NCBI RefSeq assembly: GCF_000143415.4
Contig: NW_003314286.1
Location: forward strand, 1,425,718-1,489,717
Reading direction: 5' to 3'
DNA from: Selaginella moellendorffii
Lineage: Eukaryota > Plantae > Lycopodiophyta
Length of the DNA: 64,000 nt
In this document: positions 31,810 to 47,455 of the stretch, piece by piece
Position numbering within the stretch: the first letter of the stretch is position 1
Layout of the letters: every line of letters begins with the position of its first letter
Program-made: the position numbers and the translations under genes
Notes under the pieces: generated by a model
What the model saw: the letters and a program-made list of their open reading frames with translations, nothing else
Database searches by the model: none
Told to the model about the DNA's origin: nothing

Positions 31810-33085
31810 TCTGGCTGCAAAATTTCTATCGATCGATTGTTCTTTTTGAGCATTTTTTCCTAGACCATCAACCTTTTAGAGACGAGCAAAAGGAAGAGCT
31901 CAAGGCCATTGGAGGTGACGAAGTCAAATTTGAAGAAGATCACAAGTGGTAAAATGGCATACGGGCAATCGACGCTGTTGGAGGTCCTCTAGTTTCTTTC
32001 ACACTTAGGTGGTGTGTTCCTGCATGAGAGACCAAGGAACGATCCTTTGCTACAGTGTTCTTGACGAGAAACCAGAAGCCCAAATGAATGTCATCGACCT
32101 CATTTTTCGGCTAGTTAAGGTGCATGGGTTTTACGTTGTCAAGTGGAATCTTTCAGCAAAACCACTGCCACAATCTTCGAGTTGATCTTGAAGAGAGCCT
32201 CTAGCGGGGGAGAAGTCAATACGTAAAAGCCGGGTTTGTCTTTTATATATTTGTGTGTTCTACTGTTTGATTTTCGTGGTGAGCTCTTGCGTGTCAAATA
32301 GTTCCTAGGGTGATAATAGTTTGTCTGTGAAAGTTTCTGAAGAGCTTACTTTGCTCAGTGCACCTCCAATAGCGTCATATGCCATATTACCGCTTGTGAT
32401 CGTTTTCACTTCCTCCACAACATCCTCAATTTTGTAGTTTATGACTTCGTCGCCTCCAAAACAAAAGAATTTTGAAATTCATAAACTTGAGGAAATAGTT
32501 CTCTAGATAGTGCAAAATGGCATATGACGCTATTGAAGGTGCACTGACCAAAGTAAGCCCTTCTTTTAGTTTCTTTCATAATTCCTCTTGCTTCTTTGTT
32601 GTAATCTCCAGGTCATTGTGGCACAGCGCGTTCCAGCAGCTTAGATACCAGACAGCGTGAGAAATCAAGGAACGATCCTTTGCTATGGTTTTCTTGACGA
32701 GAAACCAAAAGCCCAGGTTCATTTTTCAGCTAGTTAAGGTGCATGGATTTTACGTTGTCAAATGGGTGGAATCTTTCAGCGGCCGGACGAGTTTTGCAAA
32801 ACCACCAGAGAGGAGAGCACACAGATATATGAAGACCGACCCAGCTTTTATGTATGGCTTCGTGGGCCCTGACCAATGGGAACCACCAGAGGAGCCATGA
32901 CTTCCTTCCAGATCAACTCGGAAGATTGTGGCCCATACTTTACATCTCTTTTGTGGTTTGTGCAGTTGTTAGCGGTTGTTGGCGACACAGGATTTTGAGC
33001 AACACCTGTCCTGTACCATCGCCACCTTGCATACTGTTGTGTGAGCACTATCGCTGAAACGCTCCACTTGGATGGCCTTCTGCGC
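31810..33085. pseudogene. Scrambled MDR gene fragments in both orientations
   Basis: MDR-like pieces on + (~31860-32300, ~32517-32810) and on - (~32344-32458, ~32815-33085). Confidence 0.85.
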
Positions 33086-33549
33086 AAAAAACTCAAAGAT
33101 TTATAACTGGAAACTCAAGCTTAAAAGTACGGAAGTCAAGATTAAGAAGAAATTCATTGAGTCTCCTGACAGCTTCTTTGCGCCATTCTATGATTCTTTG
33201 GTTGTGGTGGCACAGCTTTCCCCTAGTAACTAGTAACTTGCACAGGCTGAGGTGTTCTCACATGCAATTCCATCTCTCAGTCCCCAGGCACTTCTTGTTC
33301 CACCTTCACCTTTGCTATGCCAGGTCCTTTTTCCATGTTTCGTGGCACATCTTGCTCTGTCTTGCTTCCCATGAAGCAACCATATGAGTGTCCCGTCCTG
33401 TAGAATGTACACAATGTCCACTGCTTTTTCGTTGAACGCAAGGGGACGTACGGCATTAGTTTGACGAGGGCTTCAAGCTCCTTGTTGTGTGCAGAAGTCA
33501 CAAACAGCTGAAACGGACTTAGCACCTGTCCCCAAATGCGGATAAAGGT

Positions 33550-34280
33550 TGCCATTGCAATGAGCGCAGACTGAGCAACGAGCTTAACTTGGTTCTTCAT
33601 CATGTGTCTCTTTGCGAGATAACTTGCCACCTTGATCCGAGTTTCTTGGTTGATCAAAAGATCAGTACACCAAAAGGCATGGGCACGACGTTTACTTACC
33701 TTCGCAAGACGTGCAAGCAACCGTTGAATTCTTCCTGCCTCGGCCAACGTTTGACTTAGTTCCGAAAAGCCAACTGAGAGAGGTCTTGGTCCTTGCTAGC
33801 GAGAAGGCTGGCCAGGTGAATCACGGCGCCTTTCTCTGTGCCTAGAATCTCGCAAACCTCTAGGCCGCTGGTTGAATAGCCGAGCAGCATTTGCATTCCT
33901 CGCTACCAAGGCTTCACACACTGAATCTTAGGAAGCCTTCCTTCACGACAATGTCCTGTGACAAAGATAACAAATGGGAGTATAAGCAGAAACTTGCGCG
34001 AGTCGAACACACCTGATTGCTACAGCCATCCTGTCAACAACTTCGAGCGCTTTCGAGCGGAAAAGAGCAGCACCTTCCAAATGGTCTTTCGCAGTACAAC
34101 TTTACAAGGTTGGAATGGAGCTCCGTGGTCGACAAGACGCGTCCACTGATCATGCTTCACATGCTAATCTCGAAATGTTCTAACTCGATCGATCGATGCT
34201 CTGGCATACCAGACGCGCAACGCTTTGACCCAGCTCGCCTCACCCACCCGCGTATAGTCAACACAATACGTTGTGTTTGA
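33550..34280 (-). pseudogene. Deleted copy of the U-box gene and its upstream region
   Basis: Collinear with ~29500-30370 and ~31310-31400, with many deletions. Confidence 0.88.
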
Positions 34281-34298
34281 CTAAATGAACTTTCATTT

Positions 34299-35699
34299 AT
34301 GCTGCTGCCTTCTAGCGCTTCATCCACAAACCGGCTCATCTACACACATGGCAAGCGCGGCGACGCGTACGGCGCGCTCCAGCTCTTCAACGCAATCCCG
34401 CCCAGCAGCAGGACCATCTTCTCGTGGATTTCTATCCTCTGCGCGCTTGCCCAGGCGGGGTATCTGCAGGAGTCGAAGCGGATCTTCGACACGATGCCCC
34501 AGAGAAACCAGCTTGTGTGTAACATTATGCTTGCTGCCTACATAAAAACTGGCAGTATCAGCGAGGCTACAAAGTTCTTCGCTCTGATGCCGGAAAAGAA
34601 CATTATCTCGTGGACGGCAATACTTGCAGTGTATGCCCAACAAGGGCATCTTGATGTGGCTACTGACTACTTTGCGGAGATGCCTTATCACAATCTCGTA
34701 ACTTGGACGGCTCTACTCGGCGCCTACGCACGAAGCGACCATGTAAAAACCGCAAAGAGGATATTCGATCAGATGCCGGAGCATGACACCGTCTCCTGGA
34801 ACTCGATGCTTTCTGCATATACCCAGAATGGGTATCTGAAAGAGGCCAAGCTTGTCTTCTCAATGATACCTCAACCGGATCTGGTTTCATGCAACTCTAT
34901 TCTTCACGTTTCCTCTCTTAACGATAGGCTGGAGCAAACCAGCACAATGTATGATCAAATGACTCATAGGGATCTCTTCTCTCACAATTCCATGCTCGCA
35001 GCCTATGCCTCGAAAGGATACCTGGAAGAGTGTAAGTTTCTCTTCGATAACATGCCAGAGCGCAACGTTATATCTTTCACCACCTTGCTAATGGTATACG
35101 CACAGACCTCAAACTTGAAGGAGGCGATCCAAGTCTTCCACTGGATGCCCGAGCGTAACACGGTCACCTGGAACTCCATGCTTTCGGGATATGCCCAGAA
35201 CGGGCATATCGCCAAAGCCACCCGGGTCTTCCAAACTATGCCCGACCCAAACGTCGTCTCTTGGAAGGCCATCCTCGCTGCGTATGCCCAGAACGGCCTC
35301 TCCCCTCAAACCATATCCTCTTTCGATGAAATGCAAGTAACCGAGGCTCCCGACGATACTTGCTTCGTGCTAGTCTTGCTCGCGCTGAGTCACGCCGGGA
35401 AGTTGTTCCGAGGAAGAAACTGCTTCGTGTCGCTGAGCCTGGATCACGGACTTGAGCCTTCGAAGCAGCACTACTGCTGTTTCCTGAATCTGCTAGGCCG
35501 AGTGGGACACCTTGAGGAGGCCGCGGAGCTCATCACCAGCATGCCCTTCGCGCCTGATGCTTACGAGTGGCGATGCTTCCTCAGCCTTTGTCACGCGAGT
35601 TCCTGGCATGGCGCTTCTGCCGCCGAGTCTCTTCTGAAGCACGACTCGGACAATGCCGCTGGCTATGTGCTGCTGGCAAATATTCACACCTTTAGCTGA
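34299..35699 (+). CDS. PLS-class PPR protein with E domain, no DYW (organellar RNA-editing factor-like), intronless
   Basis: Repeats 'FDxMPERNxxSWxxMLxAYAQxG'; E region 'HYCCFLNLLGRVGHLEEA...AAGYVLLANI'. Confidence 0.92.
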   Translation: MLLPSSASSTNRLIYTHGKRGDAYGALQLFNAIPPSSRTIFSWISILCALAQAGYLQESKRIFDTMPQRNQLVCNIMLAAYIKTGSISEATKFFALMPEKNIISWTAILAVYAQQGHLDVATDYFAEMPYHNLVTWTALLGAYARSDHVKTAKRIFDQMPEHDTVSWNSMLSAYTQNGYLKEAKLVFSMIPQPDLVSCNSILHVSSLNDRLEQTSTMYDQMTHRDLFSHNSMLAAYASKGYLEECKFLFDNMPERNVISFTTLLMVYAQTSNLKEAIQVFHWMPERNTVTWNSMLSGYAQNGHIAKATRVFQTMPDPNVVSWKAILAAYAQNGLSPQTISSFDEMQVTEAPDDTCFVLVLLALSHAGKLFRGRNCFVSLSLDHGLEPSKQHYCCFLNLLGRVGHLEEAAELITSMPFAPDAYEWRCFLSLCHASSWHGASAAESLLKHDSDNAAGYVLLANIHTFS

Positions 35700-35762
35700 A
35701 ATAGATTACAAACAGTCTCGAGAGAAACTAATGTCAGTGTAATAGATAACGATAATCTTACA

Positions 35763-38700
35763 CTACATCCGTGCTTGGATTCTCCACGGACAACCACCTT
35801 CGAAGGCTTCATGCAGAACGTCTTCCATTCTCCTTGCCAATAAAATCTGCAAAGCGGATGGGGTCAGAACAAACCCGATTCTCTAGAGCGTTTAAAACTG
35901 TTTACCTCTACGTTGGCGAGTATGTTTGCTGGAACCTCTTGCAAGTCTTTGAAGTTCCTCTCCGGGAGTATCACACGTTTGATGCCGAACCTATGAGCAG
36001 CTAATATCTGCGAGGAAACACTCGTAAGCTAGGCAGGCGAATTACTGAAAGCTTACCTTGTCCTTCACTCCTCCTACTGGTAACACAAGACCACGTAGTG
36101 TCATTTCACCAGTCATTGCGGTGTCAGCACGAACGCATCTCTTCCCTAGCAAAGACACCAAGGCCGTAACAAGCGTAACACCGGCGGAGGGCCCGTCCTT
36201 CGGCACAGCACCTGCTGGAAAGTGGATATGAATATCTCGACTATCCATTAAACTTCTTTCCGCGCCAGTTGCAAGCTTCAACTCGGCAGCTCGTGCTCTC
36301 ACCTGTTTCAACAATTGAATACAAGCGAAAGTTTTTTGTAAACATACCCATGTGAGAGCAATCTGAGCAGATTCTTTGATAACATCTCCCAGCTGGCCTG
36401 TGAGATGAAGATCTCCCTTCCCTGTCATGGCCGTGGCCTCGACAAATTGAACTTCACCACCAACGGCCGTCCAGACAAGGCCCACGGCCACACCGGGAGT
36501 GGACACTCTTTCAGCCGCTTCTTTGCCATCAAACTTAGGTGGCTGTAGAGAAATAATAGTTTAGTGACAATGAAAAAAACAGAGAAGGAAATTGTATAGC
36601 TTACACCAAGGACTGTTTCAACCATCGCCTCGTCCACATGCCATGGCTCCACCCCAGCAATCGCGTTAGCCAAGTCACGGCCATGCACTCCCATGGCCTC
36701 GACTTCCATATCTATTTCCCCGTCCGCGACCTCTCCACCTTCTACTACTGTAGTAGTTGTTGTTTGAGCTTGAACTTCTCGAGCAACGTGAATGGAATGC
36801 TCTCTTTCTGCAACTTTGACAGCCGCAGCTCTTGCAAGGGCTGCCAAATGCCTTTCTAGATTACGAACTCCAGCTTCACGAGTATAACGCTGAATAATAA
36901 GCTCCACCATTGCCTGCAAACACGGAAATGGTAAACCAAGTATTTCAGAAACTCAGTTTATACCTCTGGAATTTTTAAATGCTGCACAGTGATGCCATGT
37001 TGATCAAAAACTCTAGGAATGAGATGTCGCATAGCTATACACAGCTTTTCTTCAGAAGTGTATCCAGGTAGCTCAATCACTTCCATGCGATCAAGCAAAG
37101 GCGGTGAAATTGGTTGAATCCTATTGGCCGTGGCAACAAAAACCACTTTGGATAAGTCAAATGGAACGTTGAGGTAACTGCAAAGAAACAAGTTAAAAGC
37201 ATGACCAAAGCGAAGGTACTTTACGTACTGATCATTGAACGTCCTATTCTGCTCCGGATCTAAGACCTCCAGTAAAGCAGATGCCGGATCACCACGGACA
37301 TCCGTACCTGTTTTATCGATCTCGTCCAGAAGCATGACCGGATTGTTGACTCCCACTCGCTGGCAATATGATGAAAACATCAGGAATAAAAAACTTAATC
37401 AATCCATACCTTAATGCCTTCGATCAGTCGACCCGGCATGCTTCCTATATATGTTCTACGATGACCTCGTATGTCTGCTTCATCCTTCACTCCGCCCAAT
37501 GAAATGCGGATAAAAAGCCTTCCCAAAGCTCCAGCAATTGAAGACGCCAAGGATGTTTTTCCTACACCCGGAGGACCTACGAAGCAGAGGACAGGGCCCC
37601 TCGCGTCGGGTTTTAACTGTCAAAAATATTAGTTAGAAAGGAAAGAAGATTGAAGATAGCTTACATACTTTTCGTACAGCCAAATACTCAATAATCCGCT
37701 TCTTGACTTTTCCCAGCCCATAATGCTCGCTATCCAACCGTTCCTTTGCTGCAACAAGATCTAGTTCACGTTCTTCGCTACTTATCTGCCATGGTAATTC
37801 AGCAAGGAGTTCCAAATAAGTTCTTGAGCTTCCATAACCTGGCTGTTGAGGCTGCATTTTCCTCAACCTCCTATGAAATGGCAAGCAGCAAGATTTCAGC
37901 TGAAAATAGAGACACAATTATATCTTACCTCAGCTCTCTCTGTGTGTGCTTCCATACGTTTGCCGGCATTCCCACATTCTGCATCTTTTTCTCCAAAGCA
38001 ACCACATCATCTTCGTCCTCATCGTTATCACCGAGCTCCTCTTTGATCGCTTTCATCTGTAAAGCGGCATGAGGGACAAAGAGAACTTGCGGATCATAAG
38101 AAATACAGTACTTGTTGACGTAAAAGAAACTCTTTTTGAGACTTCGAGAGATTTCCTTCCACTTTCTGGGATATCTTTTCGGCTACCTTGATTGTCTAGA
38201 GACAGTATACGACTTTAAATTGGATTCTTAACTCGAAAGTCAGCACGAACCTGAAGATGGCGCGTTATGATTTCAGTCGCTTTGACAAGTCGCTGTTTTA
38301 AGTCGACGGCGTCTAGCATAGCTAGCCGGTCTTCAAAGTTGTTCTCAAAATTTGCAACAAAGATGTCGGCAAGCCTGTGGGCAGAGGTTGTCTCGAGTAA
38401 TATTTTCGTGCGGCCCACAGTTCTTTGCTTCTACGACGTCAAACAATCAGCAACTCGAGAACATGTACCGATAGAATACCTGCTCCAAAGCAGAGATCAA
38501 TTCGCTAGCAACAACTTTAAACTGTCGTCCCAGAAGTTGCACCTCTGGATCTTTTTCCGCCTGCTCCATCTCTACGAGAAAAAAAAACCAAAGCAGTAAA
38601 ACAACAGCGCCTCATCAAAGAGGAAACGCTACCTGCTTTTGTCATATCGAGCTGACCAATGCGAGCTGTGTTGTATGATCCCCGAGCATTCATGTCCTTG

Positions 38701-39322
38701 AGACTGAACCTACACCAGCCTTCTAAAACGACGGTGTACGTAACCCGACCACTTGGTTTTTCCATGCCACGAGAGAGATGCAAAGCTCGGGCTGCTACAC
38801 CCCTACAAACATTCTTACGTGATCCATCAGGAAACACTCTGGAATTCTTACCGGGGATGCCATTGCACGAGCTCTTGATTTTGCTTTCCCAGGCACTGCT
38901 GGAAATCTGGAAGCGCAGTTCCACCTCGATCGCCTGGAGATGCAATCAGCACACAGGTAACTCCCAAAACAGTTCTTGGCATTTTCCTTGCCTTGAGTTG
39001 GGGGAGGCTGCTGCTGCTGTGGCGGCGGAGGCGGAGACGCCGGATCGGACTGCTGCAAATCCCTGACAGGCAAAACTCCAATCAATCCCCTGTCTTCCTT
39101 CTGCCACAGCTCCTGCTCGACCAGCCTAACGCTGGGAGAAAAACGATCAAACCGCCCGCATTTTAGCTCCCAAATTCTACGCGATGGCCTAAGAAGCGCT
39201 TACTTGGTCGGCGACGTGCATCGGATGCGCACCACAGCTCCCGGGAGCAGGACTCGATTCCTAAACAGCATGATCGCCAGGCGCGGAGGAAGCTCGGCGA
39301 CATCGCCAGGCGCTCCAGCCAT
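35763..39322 (-). CDS. LON2: Peroxisomal Lon protease
   Basis: [19 protein letters not shown], Walker [23 protein letters not shown]; C-terminal PTS1 -ARM*. Confidence 0.95.
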
Positions 39323-39596
39323 CGCCTCTCGCTCTCGCTCCCAAAAACAAAGCCCTAGAAGCAAAGGAGGAAGAAATATAAAATCACCTCACAGTGCCAG
39401 TGAAAACGCAGGCATTTTCTCGAGGAAGCTAAGGACATGTGTCCTTCGCCCGCTAAAGGTTAACAAGTGGATGAGGATGATACTAAAATACTAGATGTGG
39501 CAGCGCCCACCATGCCACGTCGGAGGCTAGATCTATTGGAGCAAAGATTTTTAGAATGGAGTGGAGCCTCACAACGTTGAAAATTTCGCTTGGCAT

Positions 39597-41447
<1,851 letters not shown>

Positions 41448-41747
41448 CAGTGTCGAAACTCGCAGAAATGCGAGATATAAATATCTCCAGTGGCCAACAA
41501 TAATAGAATTTCGAAATTATTATATCTTGTACGTGGAAATGGACCACTCCGAAAACTCCACCAGCTGACCACCAGCCGTCCCTGTTACGCCAAAGTGAAA
41601 ACAATCTTCTCTCCAAAGACAAGCTTTTGACGATTGTAAAACAATTTTGGATTATTAGCTGATTAGAACGAATAGTTTTCGCGAACCTTGAACGCGTAGC
41701 TATGTCTTGTTCGTTTGTGTTTGTTTTCTTTCTCTCTTTCCTATTGT

Positions 41748-43787
<2,040 letters not shown>

Positions 43788-45697
43788 GGATTGGAGAGGG
43801 AGGCCAAGAAAAAAGATTGGAAAGAAGCGATTGGGCTCTTATTCTTCTTCCTTCTATGCTCTTCTTCTTCTTCTACATTGTCTTGTTGCGTGGAGGATTT
43901 CCATGGTGTTCCTATGGACTGCTTGATCCAGTAGGGCACCAAGTCGCTGTCTTGGATTGAAATCTCGAGACCCAGTAACGAGAAATGAGAGAGAAAAAAA
44001 CCCAAAAAAACAGAAACAGGGGAGAGTAGGAGAATTTGGTGGAGAAAGAGAAAGGAGAGCTATATAGTGGCGAAGAACTCCAGCTCGAGTATTCTACTAC
44101 GAGTTTATCAGCGATGGTTGGAGAGCATTTACGAGCGGTGGAAGGAAACAAAACAAACAACCACGAGGAAGCAAAAGAAATCTCGATGAATGAATCGAGA
44201 AAGCAAGCGAGTTATACATGGATTGATCCGAGCAAGGGGAGGATAGAAAAGAAAAGGAAAAAGAAGTTCCAAGAAGAGATCAAGGAACCGCAGGAACAAA
44301 AGGCGTCCTTTCTCCTCAATTCCTGGCAGCGTTTAAAACAAGGAAGCGTGTTCTTATGTGTGAGAGTGTGAGTGTGTGTGTTGTTGTTGCGATTTTGTGC
44401 TCCTGGCAGTAGCAATTATAGGAATGAATGGGGCATTCCTTGCATTCTTTTTTCCTTTATTTCTCGGCTATCATGGCAATGCCAAAAGATTGACTGCTTG
44501 TTCTTACATGGGAGAGATGATGGACGAGAAGCTCTTATATAAGAGTTCCGACCAGAAAAATGTGTTTTTTCATTCAAATCTTTTGATCAGCGCGAAAAGA
44601 ATTTGATTTCTGGAAGAAATCTAATTTTTTGTTTTCTTTTGGTTGCTTTGCTTTCGGTCGCAGTACTCGCTTGTCATCTTGCTGCTGCCAGTGATAAAAA
44701 CCGCCACGGGAAAAAAGCCTTGATTTCTCCACTATTCTCTCGTCGTTCGTGGGGTTGGATGCTGCCATCGATTAATCGAAAAGCATGAGACATGGAGCCA
44801 AAGATTACAGTAACGCTTACCTTGAGCCGCCCGCTTTGCTTTTCCTCGGCAGTTTTCTAAACCTTTCTCGGCTGCCCCGTCGAGAAGCATGCTAAGCAAA
44901 TCACCTGAATCGCCATTATCTAATCCTCAATCCCACCACCTCGCCGAGTTTTCCAAGCGCTGTTCTTCCGCCACCTCGAGACGAGCAAACACATTTAGTG
45001 TCTTTTCCTCGCTCCTCTTTTCTGCCGTGCTAGCCAGGAGGAGACAACAGCAGCAGCAGCAGCAGCAGCCCAGGGAACATTAAGAAGTGTGCACAAACTT
45101 CCCAAACCCGCTGTTCCAGTTCTCCACTACACGAAAAACCAATCGACTTCCATGTCTTCCACGGATGATCACGCGTATACTTTGGCTTGCTTCGTTTTCT
45201 ACATGCTGCTGCTCAAGTCCCCCCCTGATCTGTTTCTCTTATGCTCCATTCCAATCCAAAACCAATCCTTGCTCCCCTTCCCAATCAATCAATTCTCCAT
45301 CCATCCAACAAACTCTCTCTAGAGACCACCACCACCACCTCTGCACTTACTTCGTTGACAATGCCTCGTACAGGGAAGTCTACTCGTAGCACAGCCCGTC
45401 CCTGTCGCGCCACTTATGTTCCCTTGGAAACCAAAGTACTTTCCCCCGTCCCTCCACCACTCTGTGCCATCCATGAAAGTATACATGTAGCTCCACGCAT
45501 GCATCCCGACGATTAAAAGCCTGCTCCATCTCCACTTTGGCCAGTGGTGCTTCGCAGCTTCCAGCAAAGTCATGAGCAAGCTACACTGACCCAACTGATC
45601 CATTTTCCAGATTTTCCCCACCGCCAGCTTGCTCTCTCGATCAAGTTGCTGTCGAGGTCCCCTCCATGAACTCCTACCTTTTTTTTATGCCTTGTTC

Positions 45698-45845
45698 GGT
45701 CCTGGTATTTTTTTCCCATCCCTGTGCTTGATTTCCTCGTTTTCCTGTAATCTCCTCCGGTCAAGTCCTGATACTTTTTCCATCCCTGTCATTGAGTTCC
45801 TCGTTTTCTTTACTTCCTAGAGTTGATCCCCTTTCGGTCAAGTTC
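45698..45845. repeat. Imperfect ~65-75 bp tandem repeat
   Basis: 'tcctg.ta.tttttc.catccctgt..ttga.ttcctcgttttc' twice, with 'ggtcaagt' recurring. Confidence 0.6.
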
Positions 45846-47455
45846 TCTTGGCCTAGTTTCAAGGCGCAAGCTACGGGGCCGCCTAGGAGCTCCAATAAAT
45901 TCGACTTTGAGTCCACTGTCTGCGCCTGTCCCTGCTTTCCGTAGCATGCATCGACTGATTCCTATGGATTCTCCTTTTGTCTAGTCGAGTGGCGTGAGCT
46001 CTCCCCGACTTTCAACTTAGCTCCTTTGAGTAGATCCCGGCTGTAAGTCAATGCGTGATGTACTGATTAAAAAAGCACCACTCACCTCACCACCACGAGA
46101 TGATTGTTTCCTTTCAAAGGGAATACACCGGTGGTGGTGGTGGTGGTGGTGGGAACTTTCGTTGTCTTCGCTTTCAGGCTCTTTAATCCTTCCTCGTTGG
46201 TCAATGGGATCAATCAATATCGTCTCATAACAAGCACACCGCTGCTGCTGCTGCTGCTGCTGCTCGATCTATATAATCTGCTGCCGCTGCTGGTGCTGGC
46301 TGGTGCTGCTGCGTGGTTTGAGCCTGGCCTGGACAGTATTAAAATAAGTGAAAGCGTCAGAGCAGTCTTTATTCTCCAAAAAAGCACCCCTGCTTCATAA
46401 ATCTAGTGCAAGTACTTGGCTTGGCAACTGTACCTCGAGTGTGAGTGTGTGAGTGTGCTGCTCCGCTCTGACCAACATGACGAGCCTGTGATGCCCCACA
46501 TAACATGCTTTTTCTGCCTATCCACCAAAAGTTCACCAGAGTGCAAGTCTTTGAGAGCAAGAGCAAAAGAAACTTTAGCTTTTGCTATAAGAGCTCTACT
46601 GTAAGATGATCTTTGACATTGATCGATCGTGTCCTGCTCGATAACCAGCCTTTTGTTGCGCTGCGACCGCACTCTTGGCGCGCGCTTTTCCATGCCGTCC
46701 GGTTGCTCTCGTCTCAACAAAAACGAAGACGAAAGGCTGTCGTGCTTTTGGACACCCGACCAAGGTATCAATCAATCGCGAGCTCAGCTCTACAGAGCAG
46801 CACGAACAGGGCGAGAAGCGTCTCAAGGACAAGCAAACATAAATTCAGGTTCCACACCAAAACCACCAGACAACGCTCAAATCAAGCAACAGTTCTCGAC
46901 TTACAAGCTTCACCTCTCACGGCTGAAATATTTAGGATCCAACCGCCTGCATGTACCAGACGATTTCCAGCACCTGAAAGAAATAAATGCCAACATTGCT
47001 CAAGAAACAAAGAAAACACCAAAATGACAAGCGCAAAACCAATCTTCTAGTCGATATCATGTGCCCAGACGCGTGAAACACCTTTTTCTATGAAAAAAAA
47101 TCCATTCCTCTGGTAAAAAAATCGGGATACAAGAAACGCGCATATCCTCAAGAATCATTTCAAACATTTGAAAAATAGGTCATGGTGGGATCACTCGAAA
47201 GATTTTATATGTCCTTTGGCACCAGTCGTTCGCTGGCAGCACGGAGAAACAAAAGCGACAGAGAAAAGCCACAAACACCAACCAAGAGCGAAAAACAAAG
47301 GAAAAGAAGAACATAATCTCTCACAGCTAGAACAGCATTACATACAAACAGTGGATGCGTACGCCTGGCTTTGTCATCTCCTCCTTCTCTTCCCGAAGAG
47401 AGATCCCCCGGGAGAGATTTCTTGTCTCCAAAAGCAAGGATCATCCTTGGCGCGG

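Noticed and set aside
45360-45415. Small hairpin ACAGGGA...TCCCTGT as miR160/miR408-like precursor
   Set aside because: Stem too short and no full match to a conserved mature miRNA
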